A DNA stretch of 64,000 nt from positions 1,302,001-1,366,000 of the forward strand of contig NOWV01000002.1 of NCBI GenBank assembly GCA_003344405.1, written 5' to 3'. Source of the DNA: Trichoplax sp. H2. Taxonomy: Eukaryota. The notes beneath the pieces were generated by a model. That model searched no databases. It was not told the DNA's origin and saw only the letters and a program-made list of their open reading frames with translations. Shown one piece after another: positions 27,101 through 39,371 of this stretch; positions within the stretch are counted from its first letter, which is position 1, and each line of letters opens with the position of its first letter. A program made the position numbers and the translations under genes.

Positions 27101-30100
27101 GCTTAATAGCGGCTGGAGTATCTGATAAGGCGGAGATAGGTCGTGATGATATTAATGCATCTCTTGCCATGATTCGGAAGAAATCACCAGATAAGAACTG
27201 ATCCATCTAATAATACAGTCAGAATATAGTATTAAAGAACTAATAGAAATATTATAAATAGGCAAACGCCAAGAATTAGTGCATGAGTTAAGATAACATC
27301 TTTAAGTATAACTGATATGAAACATACTATTTTCCAGTCGGGATAAACAGCATGGACGCCTTGGTATTCCAAGTAGCTAGCAAAACCTTCGTTAAGCCAT
27401 AAGTCGTCCCACCAGGCTAAGGTGACTAAATTACCAAACCACTGTATAACGAAATAAGTTTAATCAGCATATTTTAACATCTCAACTGTATCTGGATTAT
27501 ACTGGAGATTACACGGCCTCTAATAACGGCTCTTCTGTACATGCAGATGCAACTTTTTATATAGATAGTTTCTGTACGCCAGCATGTCAAAAAATTTCAA
27601 TATCGTATACGCCACTTTATGTATATATATACAAACCTGATGAACAAGTTCATGAGAAATAACAACAGCGATTCGTTGTTTTTCGAAAATTGAGGATTTC
27701 AAAGGATCATACAATAATAAAGTTTCACGGAATGTAATCAAACCCCAATTTTCCATAGCGCCGGAGTTAAAGTCGGGAATGGCAATCAAGTCTAGAAAAT
27801 AACAGACGGTTTTACTCTGAAGAAAATTCTGATAAATTCCGACAGTAGGTATAAACGATTGATAGTAATAGTTATCAACTAAATCTCATTGAATGGAACA
27901 CTTACCAGATTTAGGCAAATCGTAGGGAAGTGCTGTTTGAGTATTGAAGTATTCCATTTGCGCCTTAGTGGTGTAAGTGGCAAAGCCAGTGTTGTTAAGT
28001 AGATGAGGTGGTGAATAGATTCTGATCTGCAATAGGATTTGGTACATGGTTATAAGATGAAACCTGTAACAGGGTGCTATACTGTACAAAGTACTGAATG
28101 AAAGGTTTGAGCGAATGCGTTGTATGTCCTTATTCACGCAATACTTTACTTACTTTAACACCGTTGTTTACTGTAGTTTCGTTGTATTTAAAATCACAAA
28201 TGATAAAAGCCAACAGATATGTGCTCATCTTTACGGTCTTTTGGTATTCCACTGCAGTATAGCCAGCCTGATATTGATAACTTCTGGCCTCTGGCATGTT
28301 TGATAAGGCTATGTATCCTGTAGTAGGTCTCACCAGTGTTGTGGTAAATGTAGCTTTCAATGTTGGTTCGTCAAAGCATGGCAATGCCATACGAGCATCA
28401 AGTGGTTCGAAATCTGATGTGACCATGTTCCTAGGAAACAGGGCAATCACGATGGTAACCATTAGTATTAGAACAATGATTAGGAAAATCAAATCTAAAT
28501 TCGATGTAATCCTTCTTAATAATATGATATAATAGGTAGTAGTATCTCAAGCTATCGGCTAATGTCTACCATGTACTAATCAAATTGAACAATCGTATAA
28601 ATCACAATTACGTCATTCATCATTAGTGTCCGCTACAAATTACGTCATGGGAAGGAATACCATCAATATATTACAGAGTAAAAAGCTAACTTGTTTTGAA
28701 TACTGCATACCATAATCTAAGTTAAGCTAATGCATAACTAATCATTGGATATGTTTCAGGCAGTTGGCTTCAGTTTAGCTGATGTGACTTTAGAAGTGCT
28801 GTACAAGTAAAAGCGAACCCCCTACTACAGTATTGCTACTATACACGTATTGATTAAGCTCCGAAATATTTAGTCTATGTTGAATACTGCAACCCATAAA
28901 ATGGTTAGTAATACCACAGAATTCAATTTTTCAATCGAATTTACTAGTCATATATTAATAAGCATTATACCAGGATTTGCTATCAGTTTTAAAATCGGGT
29001 AAATACGTATCACCAGAGGGTGCACGATTATTTTAGTTATTGAAAGGATTGTTACAGTATACCATATAATTTTCATATAATATTACGGATATAGATTCCA
29101 CTGTGCAATATACAGTATGAACCGTATCAGGTAATTTCTAGAGATGTTGCCATTTTGCACTCCTGTACAATTAATGGATTCAAATTGTAGCAGGTTTTCT
29201 CTTTAAATCTGATTTATACCCGAAGTATAGTAATCAAGGTTTCCGTATTGCATGTATAATTTTACACGGTTGGAATACTGATTATTATATCTTACGCTAC
29301 TGGTATTTTTACTGTACTGTACACGTAGGGTTACGAATACTAGATTGAAGGATATTATTAGAATGCACAATGTAGCAATGACTACCATTACAAGAGAGAG
29401 ACATCAATTGTTGAAAAGGAGCTGCCTAAGTTGGAATTGATTTAAATCGGAGCCCTTGTCTCTACATAGTGAACGAAATTTGCTTTTGGTAAAAGTATAG
29501 CTATTTTTTCTAGCATATTGTCGTAGTCGTATCGAAAATATGATAATGAATTGGTAAAATTGACCGATTTCATACAAAAGTTATAGAAGCAACAGGAAAA
29601 TAGTTATCGAGATAGCATAATATAATATCAATGCATGTTATATTATGGACTCGTCAAACTTTGAAGTTCTTGTAAGTCCCTAGTTTTACGGGGCTAATTG
29701 CATAAATATATATGAAAGTTATCATATCTTATTTGTCAACGAAAATTCGCTGATAAATTGATGGAATTGTCGAGTAAAAAATGAAACATTAAACTTAGGC
29801 CATATGGCGGCGCGGCTTCGGTCATTCAGTGCGTGGTACTAAACTTTTTAATATTGAAAACCTGATTTATGGCATTCGTTACGATTTTTTCCCGTTAGTA
29901 AACAATAAATAAATAACTAGTAGCCAAAAATAATTAATTGTATTGGCCGTACAATAGACACAGTGACACAGCAACAATGTCAAGGAAGAAGTCACACCAG
30001 ATACGGATTTACTGTTAAAATTTATGATTGCATAATTGCATACTTCTTGAATTGTACTCTACAAGGTAGGAAATGCACTTGAATAGATTAGTATATCAAG

Positions 30101-33100
30101 GAAATGGATTACAAGGCTCTAGCTAGAGCATTAGAGTCAATTTCATGATTACAGACTTGTATCTAATTAGTAGAAAAAGTATTCAGCCATCATATTAAGA
30201 TAGCATCAGCAAGTAGGAAACTATTTCTTTACATATTGAAGCGTATTGGTTCAAGTTGTCATTTATGCTAATAATTATAACTGTTCCGTTGTGACTTACT
30301 ACCAACTGTGTCAACAAAAGTCAGGTGACTTTCAATGTTGGTAAATACTAAACACACAAGGATCTAGGGTACTGAATTCAATGTGTATTGTTGAATAAAG
30401 CTGGCACAATTTATTCCTAGAAGTGTGCACGGAAGTGTACATGCTGTACAGCACCGTAGGAAATGGGTAGAAATCAATTTTAGTGTCCATACAAGAGTAT
30501 TTATTCCAAATTCAAGTGCAGCTCAAAGGATTAACTACCGTTATTGTATCAATGACTTTGGACAAAGTAGATCGAATTATCACTTTGCAGTTTTTGACTT
30601 TCTTGTGGATTGATTGAATAATTAACAATCCATTTAGAAGTATCGCATGCACTGAAGGACATTAGACTGAAAAATTGGAGATCAGTAGGTGATAACTGCC
30701 CAATGCGTTAAGATAATACAATTAATGGTCAAAAGTAGAACGGGTGTTTTTACAAGCTATTTACAGTCCTGTGACCATCATGGCGATCACAGGACTGTCT
30801 CTTTTAGATATCACAGATACAGTAAAGTGAAGTGTTCCATTGTCTATTCCATTTTGATTTCACTGTCTACTTTTGCATAAACTGCAGCCTATGATCTATT
30901 ATTATATGTCAACTTGTACAGTACTGTACATCATGATACAACTATCGTAGCGAAAGGATTGATGTAAATTAATTAATTATTGAATACGATTCATAGTATA
31001 CAATATCAATGACAACGCAATTGAATAAATTATAAATCATTCTTCTATACTGCATACTGTACAGTACAATATTATGATTATGAATTCAGATAACAAAGTC
31101 TATAGCCCGAATGACCTTCATTTTTGACACTGAGAATGAAAAGGTACTGATCATTCTCTAATTGCAGTTAGTGATAGCAGTGATGATCTATTGATCCTAT
31201 TGCTGTATTTATAGCATTCTCTCGACAAAATTATAGTGGAATTCATAAAGATTAGTACTGCCCAGTTGGTGCGAGTTCAAACAACCTGAAACTCGACTAC
31301 TATTAACGTCCTATCGGTGTACTATGGCCTCACTACCATATGTTAACAGCTTTCTAAAACTGCAATACAGGCAGCAGTACTAGCGGGGCCCATTGACGTG
31401 CATCCCGTTGTTGAAACTTAGGCGTGCGTTGCTTTTCAAGCTGTATCGTGCTTAGTTATAAATTAATGAATTTTTTCATATTAGTCACGTTAACAACAGC
31501 TCGCTTTTTAAAAATCGCGGAATCACACCCGAATTGAATTCATGTTAATTAATTGGAGGTTTTCAACCATTAATTAATTAATTAGCGTACAGTCGGATTT
31601 CGTTGTTTGCTTGCATTGTGCTAGAATAATACTGCAGGGTTTGAACCAGTGAGAATTGGACGAAAGGCGGCACGTGCCAATTACGGTACCATGACTGTAG
31701 CTCGGTACGAGGGGTATTATGGGCCGTAGCGCTGTATTGTACTGTACGGACGGTAATCAAGTGCAGTGAAGGAAAAAAAAAACTGTTAATTTATGATAGC
31801 AGTTGCTGGTACAGATAGTCGTGTAGTGACTCGCTACCGTTGTCATTGGCGCTTGGACGTTCGGTCACATACTGTACAGTTACGATACTCTCATGGGGGG
31901 AAAGAAGGAACATCGGTCTGATATCGGTGTCGCCTGTTGCCGATACACTTTGTACAATAATCATGATTATATATACAGTATATGACATATTATATAATTA
32001 ATTATGATGTGATGATATTGATGCCATTTGCTTATGGATTTACTTGACTAATGTGCTACAATTCGGGAAGGATATGCGATATTGTGATGATACTCTACGG
32101 ACAGTTCGATAAATAGATAGTACGGCCTTGCATCACGTACGACTGGAACAAGTAGAAATCGAAGCGTTCGCAGCTGGTTGCCTGGCGCTGCAACTCTTTT
32201 AAGTCACTTTGAAAAATAATCGAGGTCAATTATCGCAAACTTGAGTCTTAATTAATTAACCAATTTGAACATCACTGAAGGATACAGCAAGTTCTATTGC
32301 TCTACAGACAGTAACGTGTACCGATAGTGCCTCATGAACGAGACCTGTCATCCCACACTACTGTATGGATTGCACGAAAATACTGTTTAGGACTACACTA
32401 ATGAGATCGAGGGGATAATTTGATCCGCGCCCTGGAAATCAAGATACGTTGCGCTTTGTCTAGCAATTACAGTGGTAATCAAGACACAACCAAGAACTAC
32501 TTTTTTATAGAAAGCAGTTTGCATCGGTAAAGCGAAGCTAGAACTAGTTTGGCTGTAGTACTTCAACCTAAGAGGGCAGTCATTATCGTTGTTTTTAGAA
32601 ACGGTCAAGTTAGATATCACATTTCGTAAAATGCTAAAGTTCAAATCGTCCAGCATGCTTAGCCAGGGACTATTAAATAAATACTAGCATATCATATGCA
32701 TGTATTACTCCAGGATCCGCCATAAAATAGTAAAAACCGATACATGTTGTATGTTATACATGACATTGTATTCACTGCACTATGCTGTATTGTCTATCCC
32801 CTCCAATGATATTATTACTATACAAGCCGTCATATAGACTGTACGGCAACACCATTATTTCCTACAAGTATACAAAAGTGTTACGACGCAAGTTCACCAT
32901 AATTCTGAAGTTGACATATGCACAATTGTATACAGTCAAGTAGAATGTGTTGATGTAGTGCACTAAAATAATCCAAATGTTGGACTCGATGTAAAAAAGT
33001 GATGCAAGGAGTGTCAAACGCTTTTCTACAGTATATCGAACTTGCAGATCTGCCCTTGCATACAGTACAATAGAGCGTGCAAAAATATTGTTGATTTAAG

Positions 33101-33952
33101 CCGGATGCAAAATGCAGTTTTAGAATGTTCCACAGCCCCAAAAGACGTTAGCTTAAAATAATAACTTTTCTAGTTAGCAATCAATTTTTTTTAAGACAAG
33201 GCGCGCTTATGTCAAAGCCTTGACTGATGTGTTTCAAATCGTAACCACTAGCATTAACGCACAAGGAAAATCAGCAAGTATGTTGATCCGTGGAGAATAC
33301 GAGAATTGATCGTATCGCCATCATCAACACAGAACATGCCACTGTATCTGGTAAAAGCATGATGTAAATAAATTGCATACCTGGTGGTACCTTGTGGAGT
33401 TTTGTATGTACTCTTGTACAAACCGAACAAAACTTTAGGGAAGTTTCCATTAAAGTCATAGGTGACATTATATTGTTTTCCTGCTTCCAAATTTTCACCA
33501 ACTTCGATAACGTAAAATTCGTTAGGCTTGTAGAAAAACGATTGCACAATTGACAGCTTTCTTGGGCTACCGCCAATGGTGGAAACACTTTTATCAGTAA
33601 TAGCCAAGTCACGTATGTGGACTAAGATGTGTCGAGTAGCTTTGGTAACGTTGATGGTAATGGATACCTTTCCAGTAAAGGTGCTTCCATCCACAAGTGG
33701 AAATAGCATTAGATTGTAATGGTCTGGGACGACATCGGTTGGGAGTCTCAATGTCATCCAAGGTTTGCCATCCTGGACTGGTGGAGCATTTGTAGTTTGA
33801 ATGTTATCCTGGCTGCCTGAATTTGCCGATAAACCAGCAATCAAACCGACGACAACCGCTAGCAAGCAAACGACAATCAAAAATATGAGTGCCCTGGATT
33901 TGCTAATAAAGTATTTATCTTCGTTCTCAGGTGTTCCGCTTCCTTGCGCCAT
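24130..33952 (-). CDS. ENPEP: Type II membrane M1 zinc aminopeptidase, glutamyl aminopeptidase (aminopeptidase A)-like, multi-exon
   Basis: Exon 1 33381-33952 encodes MAQGSG.., [23 protein letters not shown] and [14 protein letters not shown]. Further exons: 28154-28430 ([26 protein letters not shown]), 27906-28026, 27637-27791 (GAMENWG, HELVHQ), 27328-27441 (WFGNLVT..WLNEGFA), 27006-27206 (FDAITYSKG), then more exons to the last one ending [22 protein letters not shown] at 24130. HELVH and the D-x-E-P motif favour ENPEP over ANPEP. Confidence 0.88.
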
Positions 33953-34017
33953 ACTTGAAAACAGGTTACAACGTACTTGACTACAGTATAGTGAAAATCG
34001 ACCGAGATGCCCACCCA

Positions 34018-34225
34018 ATTATACGCTCACGGCACTACCGTCGATCTTTGCGGCATTAAATTTCTCCTTTGCTCCGATTGAGCCAATCATTGAGGTACCA
34101 ACCGTAGCATGACCAATACGGATGTCGCATCGACAGTCTACAGTATGCACGCTTAGTCTTGTCTACGCAAGTGTGCTAACCACGCATCGTGACCACTGTT
34201 TTTTTTTTTTTGTTTTTTTTTTTCA
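34018..34225 (-). promoter_or_regulatory. Putative core promoter of the aminopeptidase gene
   Basis: TATAAT on the minus strand near 34019-34024, about 70 bp upstream of the ATG. CCAAT sequences at about 34083 and 34113, and a poly-T tract at 34199-34223. Confidence 0.35.
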
Positions 34226-34293
34226 GGTACAGTACGAGGACTCGATGAGTCGCGATCGCACGACGCCCCACCGTCCTCGTCTACTGTACAAGT

Positions 34294-34602
34294 GTCCATG
34301 ACCACTCTTAAGCACATACACTGATTCATGATACATGATCCAGTAGCGTGTCTAGATCTAGAAGAGTTATTTTTCATGGCCGAAAGTTGGTGCTTGCAGT
34401 TAAAACCATGCGGAAAAATGGAGATTCATATTTTCATTCAATAAAACGCTGTCCATGACCACTCTTAAGCATATACACTGGTATATGATACATGATCCAC
34501 TAGTGTGTCTACAAGAGCTATTTTTCTCCTCCGAGAGTTTCGTGATGGTAGTCAAAACCATGCGAAAAAATGGCGATTCATATTTTAATTAAATAAAACG
34601 CT
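34294..34602. repeat. Tandem duplication, two diverged copies of about 155 bp
   Basis: Copy 1 34294-34450 and copy 2 34451-34602 both start GTCCATGACCACTCTTAAGCA, share ATGATACATGATCCA and AAAACCATGCG, and end AATAAAACGCT. Confidence 0.9.
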
Positions 34603-36179
34603 TTCAGTGGCGTCACATCATCTGCATAACAAAAAAGTGTATAAAAATTCATGAGTGGACCCTCCTCTTTAGCAGCTGCTTTTTTATCGATCACCACTTT
34701 GATTGGATATATCACTCGGCTATCTGTATGTTTGGGTCAATGTGAATCGGATCGTTTAAGGATCGCGACAAAGGACGTCCATCATTAATGGATAAATTAC
34801 AATAATTGTTTTTATTACATGACATGATGCCAAGAGGAATAGCAAAGGTAGAGATGTCTTCGTCTGTACATTTTATGCGACTTGAGATCGTCATCAGCCT
34901 AGAATAATGAGTTTCGAGTCGAGTTTTTGGCGGGGGGTCATTCGAGTCTAGTAATAACAAGGTTGTAAAAAACGGATCTGTATTCATCTTACTACCGTCT
35001 ATGGCTTTCTAATGATTTACCCGCTCATGCGAACTGCTTACGCTTTCTTCAATAGGACAGCATCGCAGAACCTAGTCAAGAACGCTCGCGTTACTCAAAG
35101 GACACTTTGAGATAGGACAGTAGTACTATTTTATTGTAGATTTCAACCAACTGCTCTCGCTTTACTCAATCGACAGTATTGTGCTGTCAGAGATTTTTTT
35201 TCACAAGTTCCTGGTGCGATCAGTGTACAGTATACTGCATATATATTCTTCTCTCGCGATACTCTTGCATATCAGTAATGTTAGTGTTTCGTTCGTTGTT
35301 GGTTTACTTAACGGTTTACAGCTTGCAAAACCTGTACTCGTGCAGTAAAGGTAAAAAGGGGAAATTCCTTTACCTCTATACCTGTACTCTACTCCTTTTC
35401 TCGATAGCCAATCGATACTGTTACAGTATATCATCGGTTTAGTGGATGCTATTGTTCGCTTTTAGTTTACTTAACGGTTTACTGCATGCAAAAGTGATAA
35501 TATATCGCGTACAGCACCAAATGGTTTGAGCTTTACAATAGGCAGGTTGCCCATTCGAATATACGCTTTGTATTATTCAAATTTCAATCCATGACATCAG
35601 CATGTTGCTAACGCTAACCTCTAGAAAGTTCAGTATGATGCACTAGAAAAAAAGAACAACCAAGTTAATCATAACGGAATGCGATTCAAGTTTGAAAATT
35701 GATTTAGAATAGTATCTTGCTAGACATTAATCCAGCATGTTCCTGTTGCCGACAGGATTCAACAACAATATTATTGAATTAAGAAAAATGGCTCGGATGT
35801 AATATACCAATCGACTTGTATTGTACAATATGCAACAAATGAACTACCAATAGGATCATTTGTGGATAGACATTGGACATTACGGTCCTGCTAAAATAAA
35901 TAAATAAAATAATATCGCTAATTTATTATTTTCTCCTATTGTACAACAGCAAAGCCTGATACGGTATACAAGCACGCATACTGCATTCACTATGATATCA
36001 AGTTCACAATGCAACCTTCTAAATTCATCATGTCCAATTACTAATCCTGCAGCATTACGTAAAAGTAAACATACGAGTACAATACTTACCCTAGCACTAT
36101 TCAGAATAACAAGAAAGTACTTGACCGTCGTAGTAATCCAAGTCGCAATGGTAATGTCTATTGTCGCTTTTACTGCATG

Positions 36180-37076
36180 GTTAACGTCTGCCTGAGTTTA
36201 CGCAGCAAGTACTGTGATAGTATAGTAACAACAACAACAACAACAACAAAAAATACTATCCATGGCTATTAAGTGCTTTTAGAAAGAGATAAAGATGAGC
36301 ACTTAACGAACACTGGTTAAAAATCTCTTTAAATCGATTCGCACTGTACTACTAAATCTGTGCGAAATGAGCTGTCACCCTTTGACATATACAGTAGTAT
36401 CATTTCAGTGGATAGTTGACGTCTATCTGAGTTTATATAATAAGTACAGTACCATGATAGAGAGCTGTAGTGCAGTAACAACAACATCAACAGAGATATT
36501 ATTCATGGCTATCAAGTACTTTTGTAAAAGAGATGAAAATGAAATGAGTACTTCACAGACAGTGTTTAAAAGTCTCTTTAAATCGACTCGCACTCTGTGA
36601 CTCAGCTAGTCCATGCTTCATTGTACAGTATACAGTAGTACAGCACAAAACTGTGCAAAATGGACTATCACCTCTTTGATGTCTTCTTACTCAACATGTA
36701 AAAAGCGCAATTGCAACACGAGATAAAGGGGATGATAATTCATTTGACGCTTTATGCTATTGCACACACTATTGCACGGTAAAATTGTACATTACCTGCG
36801 GTGTTGCAACTATAAACGATGAAGATGAGCACTTAATGGACAATGTTTAAAAGTCGCATTAAATCGATTCATATTATACTGCTCGACTGGTCCGATTACT
36901 TTATTGTACAGCACCAAACAGACTGTCACCCCTTTACGTCTTCTTGTATAATAGGCGGAAAGGTGCAATCAATGAGAGATGAAGGGGATGATAATTTATA
37001 TGACGATCTATACTGTTGTACATATTATTGCACGGTAGAAATTCTATATTACCAGCGGTGTTTTAGCTATAAACGA
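36180..37076. repeat. Degenerate mosaic tandem array (units about 240-270 bp) including an (AAC)n microsatellite at about 36227-36248
   Basis: Recurring blocks: GTT(A/G)ACGTCT..CTGAGTTTA (36180, 36416); (G/A)ATGAG(C/T)ACTT..TTAAATCGA (about 36295, 36545, 36825); GAGAT(A/G)AAGGGGATGATAATT..TATTGCACGGTA..CTATAAACGA (about 36720, 36976). Confidence 0.8.
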
Positions 37077-37151
37077 AGTACATCGTATTAGAAAATCTGA
37101 ACCTCTAGTATCAATTTGCAAACGGTTTAACCATAGTACCGTAAAGAGTAA

Positions 37152-37226
37152 TACCATGGACTTCTAGATGTGGTTTACTACATGCCTAGAAGTACTCTAT
37201 ATCTAGAGTAGTGTTATTCCATGGTA
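37152..37226. mobile_element. Possible 75-bp MITE-like element: TACCATGGA/TCCATGGTA terminal inverted repeats enclosing two hairpins
   Basis: 9-bp perfect TIR. Internal stems are CTTCTAG/CTAGAAG and TACTCTA/TAGAGTA. Mobility is not shown. Confidence 0.35.
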
Positions 37227-39371
37227 ATAGATACTAGTTGAGTTTCGTAAATGATCATCATAGTCAGGAACTGTTAAACATGATTTTATATCTCAAGCTA
37301 GGCTATTGAAATCAGCCTGTACTTGGTACTGATTATATTTCAACATCCAACTACGGAAGATGATTACGTTATTCCGCTCATAACACTGATTTAATATCAG
37401 TAAAATCATAACCTCACTTGTTTGATGAAAGATTTTTATTTATCTTACAGTATTTTATTGATATCCACTGCAGTTGTAAGTCAGTAAAAGTGCTGCATCC
37501 ATTGATAGTTGGCAATGGTTGTAGGTGTATAAAGTATGGACATGCAACTACAATGCCTGTCTGGTTTCAAGTTTTTACTTTTAGCCCAATATTCTTTATA
37601 CTCTACCCGTGTCGTCTTGGCTACACTTGGCTAAAAGTAAAGATAGTTCCACCACGTTTATAGCAACAGAGCTATTATGTACGGTGCTGTTTAAAATGAT
37701 TATCGAGCAATTAATACTCATTTTCATCTTTAATTAATAAAGCAAAACATTATAATCTGTCTTTATCTAACATTACATAAAGCTACAAATCAATGTTATA
37801 TTAACAATATTAGTACCATAGAGTCTACAGCATACGAATATCTTTCAATTAATGAGCACTAGTGAAATTATAATAGACGATAGTTATCAAGATTAGTAAG
37901 GTATGCGCGCTATTCAGTGTCTAAATAAGAAGAAAATAATTCACGCAGAGAAAATCAAGCCAATATCAGCACGAAAATGCAGACATAAATAGAGGTATTT
38001 GTACAAACAGATGATATGGTTTGCAAGGCTACAATTAAAAATTTGTTCTGCAGGCATTAGCACTTGTGTATTATAGTTATAATTATCGATGCATCCTATT
38101 TATTCCCGAAATAGTCAATTAGAACTCTAGATCAACGCAAGTATAATATAAACATATATACACGCGCATGTATATATACGTACGTATATGTACAGTGTGT
38201 GCTATAGACCAATAGCATTATTAATGGAAAAAAATTAAAATAATATAAGTGCCCTCAATTGGCATATTGCAAACTTGAAATTTAATCTACTAGGTTAAAA
38301 AAGAGCAATAATAACATAGCCATGGTAATTATGTATCAGAATATATATATATATTACTAGATGTAGGAACAGGACAGATAATGTGAATCTGCTGTTCCAA
38401 CAATGCTAGATTATAAAAATATTTGCTAAAATTTATTTTCATAATATATTATGCAGTTACTATCCCCAGTGTGATATTATGCTACCTCTATCTACATAAG
38501 CTATATGACAAAAACTTCTTAAAACAGCTATAGAGTGAAAAAGCATAAGCAGTAACATAACCCCTTACTTGAAAACATCAGATGACTCTAAGATAATTTT
38601 AAATACCTCGCGTTATATATAAAATTTTACTTTCAGATATCATATAACTGTAAAAAGTACTACTTAAGATCTGTCATATCGTATTTTCCAAGCTTTCTAT
38701 TGATGTAGTAATTAAAGTTATAATCGCGGTCTGCTTGATTAAATTGGTAAATACAGTAAAAAATATGTATTATTCCTTTTCGTCGTTAAACTAATCATTA
38801 GCAAATATTGCAGAATTTTCTGCTTATAGCATAAGAGATTCAAGCTAATAGTAGCCAATCATCCTTTACTTGAAAATGGAGAATTATTTTTAGCTTATAT
38901 CACATAGTTCCCAGTTGCAAGCATTCCAAGAACTCGATTGACAGTAAATAAAACTTATCATCCTTAATTTTTTAATCGATATAATTTGTCTTAATTCTTT
39001 TTACACATCATTAAGTAGATTGGTCCGGTCGATTATTATTCTTGGACATGATATTTACTGTTGTATGAAAGATGCTGATATAAGTTTTCTACATCACTCT
39101 ATTATCTTACGAATAGCGTCTTGAAACTTTACAATCTCGGAACCTAGCAATGGCAACCAAATACCGCTAAAATTTACATGTTACCCTTAATCTGCCTATA
39201 ATTTAAATTATATTTATTACATTAGAGACAAATTGATATATCAATTAGCCTATTCTAGATAAATAGTAAATAGCAAGAAGTATTAACTGCAAAGGAATGG
39301 CTATCCTAATTTGCGTTTCGTGGACGACACTAATAATTAAATAAATAAATGATGTATTATACCTTGCCTCT

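Noticed and set aside
36180..37076. CRISPR interpretation of the repeat array
   Set aside because: Eukaryotic context, long degenerate units, no unique spacers and no cas genes.
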